NCBI GenBank assembly: GCA_964016885.1
Contig: OZ024744.1
Coordinates: forward strand, 60,078,001 to 60,142,000
From: Eledone cirrhosa
Taxonomy: Eukaryota
Reading direction: 5' to 3'
DNA length: 64,000 nucleotides
A program made the translations under genes and the position numbers. Under the pieces are notes generated by a model. That model saw nothing but the letters and a program-made list of their open reading frames with translations. It made no database searches and was not told where the DNA came from. How positions within the stretch are numbered: position 1 is the stretch's first letter; every line of letters starts with the position of its first letter. Positions 14,055 through 28,499 of this stretch are shown in pieces.

Positions 14055-14404
14055 GGGAGACATGATATGAAGCTTAAAAAACACTTGTGAACAGTGAAGT
14101 TTTAAATCAACATATGAAAAAATAAAGTAAGATGGATATATGAGATTGGGAAAAAAAGGAGGAGGGGGGGGGTAGGAAAAGGTAAGGAAGAGGAAGAAAG
14201 AAAATAAAGGATGACGGGGAGGAGTATAACAAAGAAGGATGAGAGAGGAGGAGAAATGAGTGATAGAGAGAGAGAAATAGCCTTTACAACTGAGAAAACA
14301 TTGTCTCAGAGAGAAATTAAAAAAACCGTTGGAAGATAATAGATAATTTTAAAAGATTTTGAAATTAAAAGTTAATGAGGTTTATGGATGGTGATGTTAT
14401 GATT

Positions 14405-14545
14405 AACAGTCTAAAAGCGGCGTGTAAATCTGGATAAAGTGTTTAATTTTGCCGTTAAAATATAAAGCTTGATAAATCAAATATGTCATCCAGTTGGGAA
14501 GCACATACTGGAATAGGGTAATGTGACAATTAAGAAAGTAAATTA
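14405..14545 (-). repeat. Decayed PLE GIY-YIG-like fragment, repeated at 15622-15758
   Basis: ~135 bp direct repeat; the minus frame reads LIYFLNCHITLFQYV, resembling the GIY..YVG region. Confidence 0.5.
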
Positions 14546-14583
14546 TTTGCATTGCTTTATTGTGCTACAATAAAACTCACCTC

Positions 14584-14682
<99 letters not shown>

Positions 14683-15497
14683 CCTATCTTTGTCAATCGC
14701 CTACGCTTTTTATTTGTATTTTATTAAAAAGATTTCCTCGCCGAATCCTCTCTGTTTTTTAAAAATGTTCTTGGTTCTTTTTCTTGTTTAATTAAAACTA
14801 ATACACATCACATGTAATCCAAGCGAACAACCAGTGGTCCATAACAGAGTTTTGACGGTAAAGAATACATTTTATAGGCACCAAGTACTTAATAATTGGT
14901 TTACATTTGTAGTGTGGAAGATGGACGTTAAACAAAGATTATGATGAATTTTTGAATTGGTTCGTCATTAGAAAGAGCAATGAAGGGAGCACCACATTGA
15001 AATGATCTAATCCAGTTGATCATATCGACTCCAGTACGTGTTTTCCACATTTCTCCTATAGTTGTCTGGCTAAAAAACAACAATGACTGGTTATCAAAAC
15101 CTTTTAATCGGTTCAACGCTATGCATTCTGATCAATTTATCTTAGTACTCCATAAAAGTATATATATAATGTGATTGTCCACACCAATCACATTGGCTCT
15201 GTCTACTACAATGGCACAGTATTTTATCAGAGGAAGTGGAAGGTGCCGTGACTAGTAGTTTTTTTCTTGGAGAGAAATCTTCTGCTTATGAGTTCGAATG
15301 TGTATGTAATGTGGTTTGGTATTATAGCGTTGTGCTTTTTTTTTTGGGGGGGGGGGGGGGGGTTTAATTCTATTTCTATGTGTATGTACCTTTATGTGAT
15401 GAGTGTGTGTGTTTGTGTGTGTGTATCATTGTGTGGTGTGTGTGTGTTTGTGTGAGTGTGTATGGGTGTGTGTATGTGTGTGTATGTATCATTGTGT

Positions 15498-15600
<103 letters not shown>

Positions 15601-15989
15601 GCGAGCATTTGTGAGAGCGATCAGTCTAAAGGCGGTGTATAAATCTGGATAAAGTGTTTAATTTTGCCGTTAAAATATAAAGCTTGATAAATCACATATG
15701 TCATCCAGTTGGGAGGCACATACTGGAATAGGGTAATGTGACAATTAAGAAAGTAAATAAGTGAAGATATAGAGTTGTTTGTGAGAAAATATATCCTGGG
15801 ATGGAATACACACAGTTCATATTTAGGATCTCTTCCAGTGGATACTTTGTTCAGGAAAGATTCCCTGAAAGGTAAACCTGATTTTGAATACTGACACTAA
15901 TGTGAAGTAGATGGAACATGGCATTTGAAAAAATATATACTAACATTCCTAACACTCGCGTACATCAAAAGATTCTGTTGCGACTGGAT

Positions 15990-17400
15990 TTAGGAAATCA
16001 GCAAATAATTATTCTCTCCACCTCACGAGGATGCACCTCCATGAAGACAGGGGAACCCCAAAACGCATTCCAGATAGCAGGCGTGGAAGAAGACTTCTTA
16101 TTACGAAGTCAGTGGATGGTCTGCCAGAATATTTTATTTGCTGATCTGAAGTCGGATTTCAGCTTAACCTTAAAGTCCTCCCATGTCTTAACTTTGGGCA
16201 CCTTTACTTCTCTGCTGCAACTTATCTCGGCTGCAAATGCAAGAAAGAGGACTTATTTCCCAGCTAAACTTTGTAAACCTCTTTTGCTCGGACGACATCT
16301 TGGACAACCTGATTGAACCAAGGGGTCCTCCTATGCCCCACCCCCACCACAGCGCTACGAAGCAGAAACTGTCGATTTAAACAGTCCCCACTCCGTTTCA
16401 ATGTCCTCAGTTCGCTTAGAGTGTTCTCTGAATTTGGATGCAAAAGTATTCACAAACATGTTCCTGACATCCTTACCTGCCTGTGCTTCACACTTTATCC
16501 TGTAGGTCAACCTGGAGCTGCCAGTTTTGTAGGCTTCCCTGGCTTTAGTTAGTCTCAAGTTGCAGATAATTAAATAGTGATCAGTTGACAGTTCAGCCTC
16601 TCTCTTAACAAGACATAATTGAAGAAATGAGAAACAATAACAAAATCAATTATTGATCTCTGATTTTGATTCCCATTATACCATGTATATTTATGGATGT
16701 CTTTGTATTGGAAAAACGTGTTCATAATAGAGAGCTCTTTGCTAGAATAGAAGTCTCTCTATTCGTACTTAGATTGGAGTCGCCGATCCTTCCTGTCACT
16801 CCATTATATGCCAGATGGTCAGTGCCAACATGCACATAGAAGTTTCCCATTAGGATATATGACTTCGTCATAACTACATGAAACGCTGCAGTGACTTCAT
16901 CAAGGCGGGATCTCTATTCGGACTATCTGCTTGACGTACAGTCTTGCACCGTTCACAAAGACCTTCATTTCAGTCTATGCTTCAGGAGACGATTCCTTCC
17001 TCCCAAAGGGATCTAATTCATTAAACAAATTTGACATCTGGGGTCTTGTGAGTATCCCCACGCACGCATGTGCAGTCTTTGCAGGCGCTACACCTGAAAA
17101 GTGGAATTTCCATCCTCCATCCAAATCTTGTTGCACTATCTCTATACGAATGTCCTGGTATTTCTGTTCTGATAAATGGGTGCCGGAGTCCGCCAAGGCT
17201 GCGTAATGTCACCGCTCCTATTCATAATCTTCATGGACAGGATTGATATGCGCAGCCTGGTGGAAGTGGTATCGAGACTGGCGGGCTGGCGGGTGTAAAA
17301 TCAGTCGGCTGGAATTCGCTGACGACATTGTATTACTTAACTCGTCATAAGGTGTTCTCTGATATGCACTTGATAGGTTTGATGCTATGAGCATGTGGTT
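15990..17400 (-). mobile_element. Decayed RTE-like LINE fragments (APE on minus; inverted RT piece at 17210-17400 on plus)
   Basis: Minus: YTWY..RSIIDFVIVS..ELSTDHYLI. Plus: FIIFMDRI..LEFADDIVLL. Confidence 0.7.
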
Positions 17401-17784
17401 AGAATGTCTCAGGAAAGAATCTCTGGACATATTTTACAGGCCAACCAGCAGGAAACCCAGGGGTAAATGGTTGGATGATATTCATGAGCTTGGTTGGTCT
17501 CACAAGATCAGTTGGTGACGGTTGCTTATGACAGGACCTACTGTAAATAATAAGTGGGGGAAGAAGAAGAAGAAGAAGAAGAAGAAGAAGAAGAAGAAGA
17601 AGAAGAAGAAGAAGAAGAAGAAGAAGAAGAAGAAGAAGAAGAAGAAGAAGAAGAAGAAGAAGAACAACAACAACAACAACAACAACAGCAGCAGCAACAA
17701 CAACAAGAAGAAGAACAACAACAACACCACCACCACCACCACCACCACCACCAATAACAACAACAACAACAACAACAACATTCA

Positions 17785-18690
17785 TGACCCTTGCGTCTTT
17801 GCTCTTGGAAACTGATACTATGTATGCAACGTAGTTGTTACTCTGAAAGGTCTTCCAAATTCTGATCATTTCTTGTAGGTATCTCTCTGGGTCACCATTT
17901 ATATTTTGTATAATATTATAGGTTGAGGAAATCTCCTTTTTTAAACGGTATGGATGGCGGAAATTAAATTTGAGGTATTGTCTGATGCATATAGATTTGT
18001 CATATACGAATATCATGAATCCACACTCTGCGCAGATTATTAGCACAACCAGGAAGGTCAGTTCATTGTCTTTTCTTTTTCTTTAGTGAATTGAATTAAA
18101 GATGTTATTGGGTACACATGTTCCATCAGTACTTGTGCTTCTTCCTGTTGAAGCCAGAGTATGAAGATGCGATCTTCATATCTCAGCCACGTGGTTAGCT
18201 TAAAAAGAGTCGTTCACAAATACATTTCCTCAAAGTTACCTGTGTATATGTTTGCCCTCGCGGAAAATAACAGTGAACCTAAAACTTAACGTTCTTCCTT
18301 TTGGTATAGGTCACACTCCAATTGGAAATATGTTCTTTGCATACAACATCTCAATATCTCCATTAGGTTATTTACCATAATATTTATATGCTCTCCAACA
18401 CTAGGTCCAAATTTCAACTTGCCTCAAACCACCAATAGGCCCTCATCTTTGAGAATCTTGGTGAATGGATTCAGCATATCTAAACAGGCCATGGAATCAA
18501 TTGGAGCATATTTCATTATGTCCACAAAGTAGAGATAATTTTTTAGATGGGACCAATAATTACCCGTTTGTTAGTTGGTTGAATCTACTAGTAATCTGCC
18601 TGACCGACGACATGTCGAGTACTGACAACTGACTATAGTTCATAGAGGAATACTGTCTGTGTGAAAAGACAGAGAAATAAGCATGACTCA
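17785..18690 (-). mobile_element. Decayed Penelope-like RT fragment
   Basis: Fragmented minus-strand RT-like peptides (ANIYTGNFEE, WLRY, IQFTKEKE, HPYRLKK). Confidence 0.55.
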
Positions 18691-19987
18691 TAACGTATGA
18701 AAGAAAAAATGGAGTCACCAACTCTTGTGGAAAAGGTCACAATAATATATAGGGGTCAACATTTAAAGATAAGACGACGTAAAGAATCAGTGCATATACT
18801 TGGTTCTAATAACATCCTCAGTGGGCCTAGCGATGGTCCTCCGTCGAGTGTTTCAATTGCTCGATCAATGAAACTGACTGATCGTGAAATTAACGTGTGC
18901 ATCGTTGAGCATTCCTTAGGCAAGAATTCATTTAACGTAATTCTCGGAGAGAATAAGCGTGATAAGGTGTGTGACAAGACTGGATCTTTAAATTACAGGT
19001 ATCCGTCCATACAACGGGCTTCCAAACAGTTTCCGTCTACCTCATGTCATTCAGGCTTTGGTAAATAACACTTACCCAAAATGCCACGCAGTGGGATCGA
19101 ACGTAGGATCTAATGATTGCGAGGCGAACCTCTTAACCATTCAGACATACTGCTTCCATAGTGGACTTAGCACACACTATATGAAACATTAAGGCTAAGA
19201 CCACTAACAAAAGTTAAGTTTCAAGCTCCTAAATTCCATTACACGGTACAATAAAACAGTCAGTATAAACGCCTTATATTGAGTGCGCTAACTATTTGCT
19301 TGTTGTGAATTCAATGCCTGGGTTAATGTATCTTTTTATATTCTAGTTCAAGCGGAAGAAGCGTTCGACATTACAAGAACATTACCGAAGACGATAAGTA
19401 TCTGAAGAAGGCGAGGGGGTACGACGGTCGAAACGTGATGATTTATAACAACTAAGTACGACTAAATCAGTTTATAATGGTAATTCTTTATCTCAGAAAT
19501 GCAAACAATGATACAAATGTACATATCTCCATTACATAGTTATCTATGAGTGGGAAAACAGTGCCTATAACGCCCGTAATCCTTACTAAACTGGTGAAAT
19601 CAATTAAGTGGATGTTATTTAGTTTGAACGTATGTTGGTTAGTGAAAGTAAGATAATCAAGGACGAAATTCTAATGATGTGTTCTTGAAACAAATTATTA
19701 GACAAAGTTCTTGGAGAAGGATCTATGGAAGCACGGATTAAGTATTTAATGTTACAGAAGTAAAAGCCTACATTTTAAACTTTACTTTATTTTTATTCTT
19801 TTACATTTTTCATGTTTTGAGTCAGTAGAATGTGACACGCTGCGGCATCGCCTTTAGGCAATTAGTCAATCACATTGACCTCAGTATTTATTTATCGAAA
19901 CGCCAAGTTACGGAACATAAAAAGAGACACAAACGTAACCAGAAGCACGGACACAGACACACACACATACGCACACATTCACATACA

Positions 19988-20027
<40 letters not shown>

Positions 20028-20033
<6 letters not shown>

Positions 20034-20877
20034 CAAATGACGAAACGAAATTAAATTTCGTTTCGTTTGTAACTCACTTTTGTATGACTGACGCTTAAAC
20101 AATTAAGTTAAAAATGTACATCCACATATGTATACTGAAATACTAGTATGCATATGAATACACACACGTATACATATGTAGATGTACCAAGTTTTTCACT
20201 GGTCACTTTACTGTGAGTGTCCAGCTATTCTGTATGTAAACACACAGACAAACCGGTTTTTAGAGTCATACTGGTTTTTGAGGAAACACCTTTCCTCTAT
20301 TCTCCAGAAAGCCAGACAAGGAATATTGAACTAGTTTCGTTGTTGTTACAACTCATCAGCAATATTTACCTATCTTCCGACCTTTCTGGAGAATCGTAAA
20401 AGCACATATCGTTATATGCTTTTTCTATGAAAATTAGTAGTGGGCAGACTAATTTGCATAGAGCGTGAGTACGTACCGGTTCAACGGAGACGATAAAATC
20501 AAATAACGAAACGAAATTAAATTTCGTTTCGTTTGTAACTCACTTTTGTATGACTGACGCTTAAACAATTAAGTTAAAAATGTACATCCACATATGTATA
20601 CTGAAATACTAGTATGCATATGAATACACACACGTATACATATCTGGCTTTCTGGAGAATAGAGGAAAGGTGTTTCCTAAAAAACCAGTATGACTCTAAA
20701 AACCGGTTTGTCTGTGTGTTTACATACAGAATAGCTGGACACTCACAGTAAAGTGACCAGTGAAAAACTTGGTACATCTACATATGTATACGTGTGTGTA
20801 TTCATATGCATACTAGTATTTCAGTATACATATGTGGATGTACATTTTTAACTTAATTGTTTAAGCGTCAGTCATAA
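20028..20877 (-). mobile_element. HHR-bearing non-coding element, family A (466 bp unit, partial tandem plus inverted segment)
   Basis: 20041-20175 repeats at 20507-20643; 20645-20877 is an inverted copy of ~20082-20316. Ends at hairpin CGAAACGAAATTAAATTTCGTTTCG followed by (TA)n. Confidence 0.85.
20322..20366 (-). ncRNA. Type I hammerhead ribozyme, intact core
   Basis: Minus strand: AATATTG-CTGATGA-GTTG taacaa CAAC-GAA-ACTAGT-T/CAATATT. 7-bp stem I, 4-bp stem II, palindromic stem III, GUU site. Confidence 0.9.
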
Positions 20878-21000
20878 CTTTAATCAGTTAAACTTTAATC
20901 TGTTATTTTAATAAATATTTGCTCTACGGTTCTTATATATTTGATATATATTTTCCTTATCGAGCCCTCTTTGGATTTTAGTCTTCAATTTTATTATTAT

Positions 21001-21037
<37 letters not shown>

Positions 21038-21044
21038 CATGCTG

Positions 21045-22340
21045 TGACAATCCTAACGCCAACATTTAGCCTGCTGAACTGGTCATTGTAAGAACTAAGT
21101 GAGATGGATGTTAGAACTCGCAAACTTCTCAGTGTTACTGGAAACTTTAACATCAATGGTGATGTGGATAGGCTATACTTCTCACGCAAGGAAGGTGGCC
21201 GGGGTCTAAAATCCATATTAACAACATATGAGACCCGGATAATAACACTGAAGCAACATCTTCAACAGAAGAAAAAGGTCAGCAACCACTTGCCAAGGTT
21301 TATGAGCACGAAGGAAATAATATCATTAGCATAGCCACTGATCTGGAGGAGAGATATGGAATAAGGCTTGATATAAATCTCTCTCCCAGCGAAATTGGAA
21401 GATTCTATTCAATGTTCGAACAAGATAAAAAAAAAATGGACCAATTTACAGAGAAAGTGAGATGAAAAACATAGACCATAGAGGGGATAAATCATTAAAA
21501 AAACCTGGCATGGAGTTCTAACAAGTTTATGACATCCCCCCTTGAAGGATATCTCTATGCAATACAAGAACAAGAACTCCCTACCAAATATCTGCTACAC
21601 AAAAGAGGAGGGCCATCAGTTGACAATAAATGTAGGCTTTGTAAAACAAAGATCAAAGATGTTAGCCTCATTGTTGCCAACTGTGAAAGCATGTCATCTC
21701 GTTACTACCTCCCCATGAGACACAATGGGATAGCTAGAACCATCTGGAACGCACTTAGGAAAACAAAATTAACAACAAACGAGGAAGAATATATTGAGAC
21801 AGATGGCACTAAGGAATACTGGTGGAACCTGAAAATAAAAACTGCCACCAAATTAAAGCACAACCGGCCTGATATTGTTGTTTGGGACCACACATTGAAA
21901 ACATGCTCTGTTGTAGAGATCAGCTGCCCACTTGATGTCAACGTAAGAAAGATACAAGAGAAGGAGGACATCTGCGGACCATTGATGAGGAGTTTGCAGA
22001 TCCAGTATCCAAGATACACCTTCAGCTTCATACCCATCATTATTGGAGCTACGGGTTATATACCAACCTGCTTGGACCAAAGTATATCTGAACTTGGATT
22101 TGTGAACAAAGAACGCAGCTCCCTAAATCATAGACTACAAATGGCTGCGATAGCTGGCACCTTCAAAATTTGCAAAACATTCTTGCGATTCAAGGGATGA
22201 CAATTTCTTTTCTTTTACAACCTTGCCACCAGGAAGGTGGTTGGTCAAAAATGTACTCGAAATTAAGAGAAAGGGAAACATACATAATGGCTGCCCCCTC
22301 GTTATCGAGTATGGCCATTGCACAATATACCATTAATAAT
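21045..22340 (+). mobile_element. R4/Dong-like LINE, third family, 5'-truncated and decayed
   Basis: DRLYFSRKEGGRGL, AIQEQ, CRLC, RHN, HNRPDIVVWD, VEISCP, PIIIGATG; short TAA tail. Confidence 0.85.
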
Positions 22341-23159
22341 AATTATTAATTAATTCTATCGTGCAATGCCTGTGCGTGAAGATATTTTTTAAAGTGAGAA
22401 AAGACTGTGCACTGAGCCAATCCCACTCTCTGAGCGACAGTAGCTATAACTCGAAAAGAAGAAAAGATCAACATCATTGGTAACTACTGAGCCGCAGGTT
22501 TTATATCGGAGTTATCCCAGTTTCCTGAGTTGCCTTCTCCTAGAAGAATGCTCTGACATACATACATACATACATGGTGGCTGCAAACTCTGCTAATAGT
22601 TGTGCAATCGCTTGTCAGATTATAGAGTTTGGTACACTTTTAGGCTACGGCCAGTCACACGAACCTCTGATGGTTTTTTTTAGGTGGGGAAAGGCCTTGC
22701 ACTTGCTCAATCCCACTCTCTGAGTATCGAAAACACTACACGAAAAGGAGAATTGATCAACATCATCGGCCCGACCATTAGAGGGGTTGTACTGGGTTAC
22801 ATGTTACCAGTAGCACTCGAGAGTGACCTGACATACACACACACACACACATACATACATACATACATACATACATACATACATACATACATACATACAT
22901 ACATACATACATACATACATACGAAGTTTTCGTCTACCAAATTTCATTCCCTAGACTATAGTAGAAGACAGTTGCTCGAGGAGCTGCACAGTGGGACCTA
23001 ACCCACTCCTACATACTTGTGTAGCGCAAATCTTAACCACTCAGCTATGTATGCTGTTGTTTTTTTCTTAAAGGTAGGCGGGATTTAAAGTTTAAGATTC
23101 TTTAGCCTAGCATTTATGGTGAATTTAGAAGTTATATTTTTGTATCGTTCATCGCTGTG

Positions 23160-23475
23160 TCGGCGTGTGGTCTAGCAGTTAGGAATGTTCGTCTCACGAT
23201 CTTAAGGTCGTGAATCCGAAGCCCGGTTCGAGTGATACGTTGTGTTCTTGAACACTTTATTTCGCTTTGTTTCGCTTCAATCAACTCAGTTGGAAAAAAT
23301 GAGTTGTACCAATAATTTGAAGGACCAACCTCGTCACATTCTGTGTCACATTCTGTGTCACGTTGAATCTCCCCGTGGAATATTCAGCCACTTGCACGTT
23401 AATTCCACGAGCAGGCTGTTAGTAAATGGCATCAACTGGAACACTCGTCGTTGTAACCGACGGAGTGCCAGTATG
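23160..23475 (+). mobile_element. tRNA-derived SINE, second family (related copy at 52880-53100 on minus)
   Basis: Head GGCGTGTGGTCTAGCAGTTAGG..GGTCGTGAATCCGAAGCCC, then central GTTGTGTTCTTGAAC..CACTTTATTTC. Confidence 0.65.
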
Positions 23476-23591
23476 TAATGTGTGTATGGTGTGTATATGG
23501 TATATAATATAGTGTATAAATCAGTTGCGATGACACTGGTACCAAGTTGTATCAGTCTTTACCTTTCACTTGAACAACATCATATAATGTA

Positions 23592-24202
23592 TCTATATAT
23601 ATAAAGTTGTAGTTCCTATCTGTTTGTTTGTTTGTTCACGAACACCTCCTATGGTTTTGGAGATAGACCCCATAACCATATATATTCTGAAACTACATTG
23701 TCCAGGGTACTTGGATAAGTATATTTCACTAGAATCAAAGGGTTCCTCGGGGGCACAAACCCCTGTTGAAATATTTTCCGTTCTATTTATATGAAATTGA
23801 AACCATAGGTAAATGACAAGATATGATGCCTATTCACAAAATTTCACAAAATTTCAATAATATTAAGACACCCTAATGGCGGTTAAGTCCCCTATAGTGA
23901 ACATTTTGGAAGCCCATAATTTGAGTATTGGAACCTCTATTATCACAGGCTTTTCTAATTAAACGTAAATCAACAAAAAAGCACCTCTCTTTTATAGTAA
24001 AATTTGGCTAATTTAGACAGTTTATCTATGGCAAAACATCACTAGAATTATGACAACAAAAATTATTAGTTAATGCCTCTAATTTTTTTAACATTTTCCC
24101 TTTATTTTTTCTCCATAAATTATATCACTGATTTAAAATCAATCATCATTTTCTTACAAAAAAAATGTGTGAAACGCAACAAGGCGCGAGTGATTCGACT
24201 AG
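23592..24202 (+). mobile_element. Non-autonomous Helitron-like element
   Basis: 5' A|TCTATATATATAAAG followed by (TTTG)n; 3' degenerate GC hairpin and CTAG|T. Confidence 0.6.
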
Positions 24203-24219
24203 TATAGTATATAGCATAT

Positions 24220-24328
<109 letters not shown>

Positions 24329-24745
24329 GCACACGCACACGCACACACATATATGTATATAATGTATAAATAATTTGCGATTACACCTGTGCCACCAAGC
24401 TATAACGCCCTTTACCTTTCACTTGGACGACATCGGTGGTATATGGTGAAGGAAGACTGACATTAGGGGTGAAATTTTCAGGTACAAAACCCATCATTAG
24501 TAAATTGATGGCTTCCGTGGGAGCCATAAATGTTCATCGCTAACATGGCAGGTATGAACCTGTTCCCGTTACATTTGTAGCAATTGTCATTGTCGTATTG
24601 TCATGTCTCCCTCGAAAGATGAGGTGTCGAGTCATGCTGCCAATAAAACACACACGCATCTGTCGATTTTCACTTCAATTTATTATTATGATTTCCTAGT
24701 CGGTTAGTTTAATAACCGGCAAGTTGTTTAGTTGTTGATTGTCAT

Positions 24746-24786
24746 CAATGGTCTTTCGTCACACATTCTGTGACATCCTCAGTGAC
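24746..24786 (-). ncRNA. PLE-type hammerhead motif (related at 26196-26233 + and 45611-45653 +)
   Basis: GTCA-CTGAGGA-T-GTCACA gaatg TGTGAC-GAAA; stem III is degenerate in this copy. Confidence 0.65.
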
Positions 24787-24845
24787 TATTTTTTGTTATT
24801 TTGTGTCTCCCCTTTGTTCTTCACAACATGACCCTCCCAAAACAT

Positions 24846-24914
<69 letters not shown>

Positions 24915-24917
<3 letters not shown>

Positions 24918-25725
24918 TTTCATTCTTTTCTATATATATATATGTATATGGAAAAGAATGAAACGAAATTTCATTTCTCACTCTTAGTACGGCTGGTACT
25001 TAAATGTAAGTATGTATACGTACATATATATATACAGACGTACATTTAAGTACCAGCCGTACTAAGAGTGAGAAATGAAATTTCGTTTCATTCTTTTCCA
25101 TTTAACATTTTCGGTGCGTCCGGCCGACTAACTCACTCGATATGCAAATTAGGCTGCTCAGCCGTTAATATGCATGTGGAAAGTATATACTTTCAGACGT
25201 TCAACCATCTGACAGAAGGGTATACGATGCTGACGACAGTTAATAAGCTTGAAACTAGTACATCGTTCCTGTGTCAGTGTTGAACAAAAGGCGACGATGG
25301 TTGTCTGACACTGTACGGCGTAATTCGGGCTGTTTCTTTACACACAAACCGAGCATTATAATAAATGTTCGGTGGACCCATACGTACATATATATATGTG
25401 TGCATGTATGTATATATACGTACATACATATATGTACATATACGTACATACATGCATGTATACGTACATACATATATGTATACAGACGTACAGTAGTATG
25501 TAAACAAACAGTCCGAATTACGCCGTACAGTGTCAGGCAACCATCGTCACCTTTTTGTTCAACACTGACACAGGAACGATGTACTAGTTTCAAGCGTATT
25601 AACTATCGTCAGCATCGTATACCCTTCTGTCAGATGGTTGAACGTCTGAAAGTATATACTTTCCTTATGCATATTAACGGCTGAGCAGCCCAATTTGCAT
25701 ATCGATTTGCATATCAATTTGCATA
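24915..25725 (+). mobile_element. HHR-bearing non-coding element, family B, with nested inversions
   Basis: 24951-25008 and 25040-25100 are inverted; 25137-25325 and 25515-25705 are inverted. HHRs at 25224-25266 (+) and 25576-25618 (-). Bounded by (TA)n. Confidence 0.85.
25224..25266 (+). ncRNA. Type I hammerhead ribozyme (family B)
   Basis: ACGATG-CTGACGA-cAGTT aata AGCTt-GAA-ACTAGT-A/CATCGT; GUA site. Confidence 0.8.
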
Positions 25726-25873
25726 TATATATATATATATATAAGAAATGCGCAACCGGTAAAAACTTAAAACTAAAACTGAATATTAACTAATACTATT
25801 ACTAATTTATACTTATTCCTAATTAAACTATTTTTCACTGGGAACAATTTGTCAGCATTTCTTTTCCTTTTTA

Positions 25874-25946
<73 letters not shown>

Positions 25947-26009
25947 ATAGTAATAATAATAAATTTGAAGACTAAAATCCAAAGAGGGCTCGATAATATA
26001 TATATATTA

Positions 26010-26070
<61 letters not shown>

Positions 26071-26273
26071 GTATATCGTTTTTCACAAAAAACACATAAA
26101 AAGTTAAAAGCATAGGTTAAACACATATATATATATTGTTATGTTTTCGGAGGGTCAAGTGATGAACAAAAGGGAGACAGAAAACAACAAAAGTAGTCAC
26201 TGAGGAGCTCACAGAATGAGTGACGAAATATATACATAGATACATACGTGTATAAACACACACGCGCGCGCAC

Positions 26274-26317
<44 letters not shown>

Positions 26318-26485
26318 GCATACATAGTCATCATAACATCGTTATATGAATCGAGAAAAAAAAAACAATACATCATATATACATTTGAAAAAAAGATTAC
26401 TGAAAATTTACAATTATTATTATTATTGTTTTTGTTTGCGTTTGTTTTTATCCCGCATAAAAGAATCTGTGCAATTGTATATATA

Positions 26486-26677
26486 CCGTATTGTTCAAGA
26501 TATAAAACGCACCCTTATTTTGAAAAAAACCCAAAACGATTGAGGGTTTTAAAAAAGTTACAGTATTATTATTTTTTTCTTTCTTTCTATTATTTTGTGC
26601 ATATAAAACACAAGCAGATTTGAACACCAATTATTATGTGCGTGGGACGAGTGCGTCTTATATACCAGATAATGCGG
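26486..26677. mobile_element. pogo/Tc1-type MITE
   Basis: Imperfect TIRs TA|CCGTATTGTTCAAGATATAAAACGCAC and GTGCGTCTTATATACCAGATAATGCGG|TA. Confidence 0.65.
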
Positions 26678-28499
26678 TAATTACATATGATTCCATGTGA
26701 TTTACTCACCTGGGTGGAGACTGGTGCTATCGAAGACCTCTTATTTTGAATCGGATTAAACAATCGTATTTATTCTTGTTCTTATTCTTCAAAGTGGTCA
26801 CACAGCAAAAATACTCTTTTTTTTTTCACTTTTCTTTTTCCTTTCTTTCTGTTTTTATTATAATTTTATAATAATTTATTATAATAATTTATTATAATTA
26901 AATAATAATTTGCTGCAGCTGTTTATGGGGATGATGTAATAATTATGGTGTCGTTGTTATTGTTGTTGTTAATAATATTGATGCTGTTGTTATTATTGTT
27001 GTTCCTGTTGATGATATGATTATATTGTTGATGATGTGGCTGTTGTAGTTAGATGTTCGTGTTGCTATTCTTATTGTTATTGATGTCGTCGTTATTTAGC
27101 TCCAGTCATGACCATTCAGTAGTGATCAACCACCCTTTACTTATTTCTCTAGCTACTTACTGATTCAACTACACCGTGTATCTAGGACTCTATTATCCTA
27201 ATGCGTCCTTAGATATTTGCTCATTTCTTTATTCAGTACGACGGTTTAGGTTACGACTCAAGAGAGGTTTTTATTAGGTTGCTCTTGCTGATTTTTCCTC
27301 TCTGTCTTTGACTGTTATTTCTAGCAAATGTAGTAAACCCACATAGAAGCCCCCCATGTCTATAACTCCTCCTTTGTTTGTGTTGGTGCGTGTTTGTTGT
27401 TGTTAAAGAACGTCGTTAAAAAAATAGGAAACAGAAAGTTTGGTTCTTTCTTCCAGTAAGTAGAAAGTTAGTTTTGTTAACCAGCTTCAGAGAGAACAAC
27501 ACTCCACCACTCGCAAGCATTCATTATTAATGGTGAAACGAAGAGAAAAAAAGAAAATGTTTTGTTTGGTTTCACATTTTTATTTATTTATGCTTTTCTT
27601 TCTCCATTTTTTTTTTAGTATTTTTCTATTTTCTCTGCTTTTACTATCTTTTTTTTGTTTTATATTTTTCTTTATTTTTTTCCTGTTAATTATTACTATT
27701 TTGTGTGTGTGTGTGTGTGGTTGTTATTTTGGGTTTTATTAGTTTAGTGGGGAGATGTTTTCATATATTTATTTATTCATTCATTTCGTTATTGTTTCTG
27801 AGTTTTGGTTGGCTTATACAATAATTGATCAGTACATGCAATTAACATTGTTTTTGTTGCCGCTGTAGTTATATTTGTGAAGCGTTTTGTTGTTGTTGTT
27901 GTTTTCTTCTTCTTCTTCTTCTTCTTCTTCTTCTTCTTCTTCTTCTTCTTCTTCTTCTTCTTCTTCTTCTTCTTCTTCTTCTTCTTCTTCTTCTTCTTCT
28001 TCTTCTTCTTCTTCTTCTTCTTCTTCTTCTTCTTCTTCTTCTTCTTTCTTCTTCTTCTTCTTCTTCTTCTTCTTCTTCTTCTTCTTCTTCTTCTTCTTCT
28101 TTTTCTTCTTTTTCTTCTTTTTCTTCTTCTTCTTCTTCTTCTTCTTCTTCTTCTTCTTCTTCTTCTTCTTCTTCTTTACGAACTCTGCCACCACCCCAAC
28201 CACTCCCGCCACCACCGCTGCGTCTTTCTTTCTTTCTTTCTGTCTTTCTTTCTTCCTTTCTTTCAGCTGTATTGGTCATGAGTATATTTTACCTTCTCTT
28301 TTAGTTTTATTGTGTGTGTGTATGTGTGTGTATGTATGAGTGTGTGTATGATGCTGTGTAGATGCGTGTGTGTATATGTGTATGCTCGTGTTAGCGTGCA
28401 TGATACCATGTGTATACGCAGACACGTGTCTGTTTTAGAGGATGTTTGGCTGGAATGTATGGTTATGTATATATGTACGTGTGTGTGAAGGTACATATA

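Noticed and set aside
14928-15116. Possible host exon (also 27440-27550)
   Set aside because: Short, with no recognisable domain or supportable splice structure.
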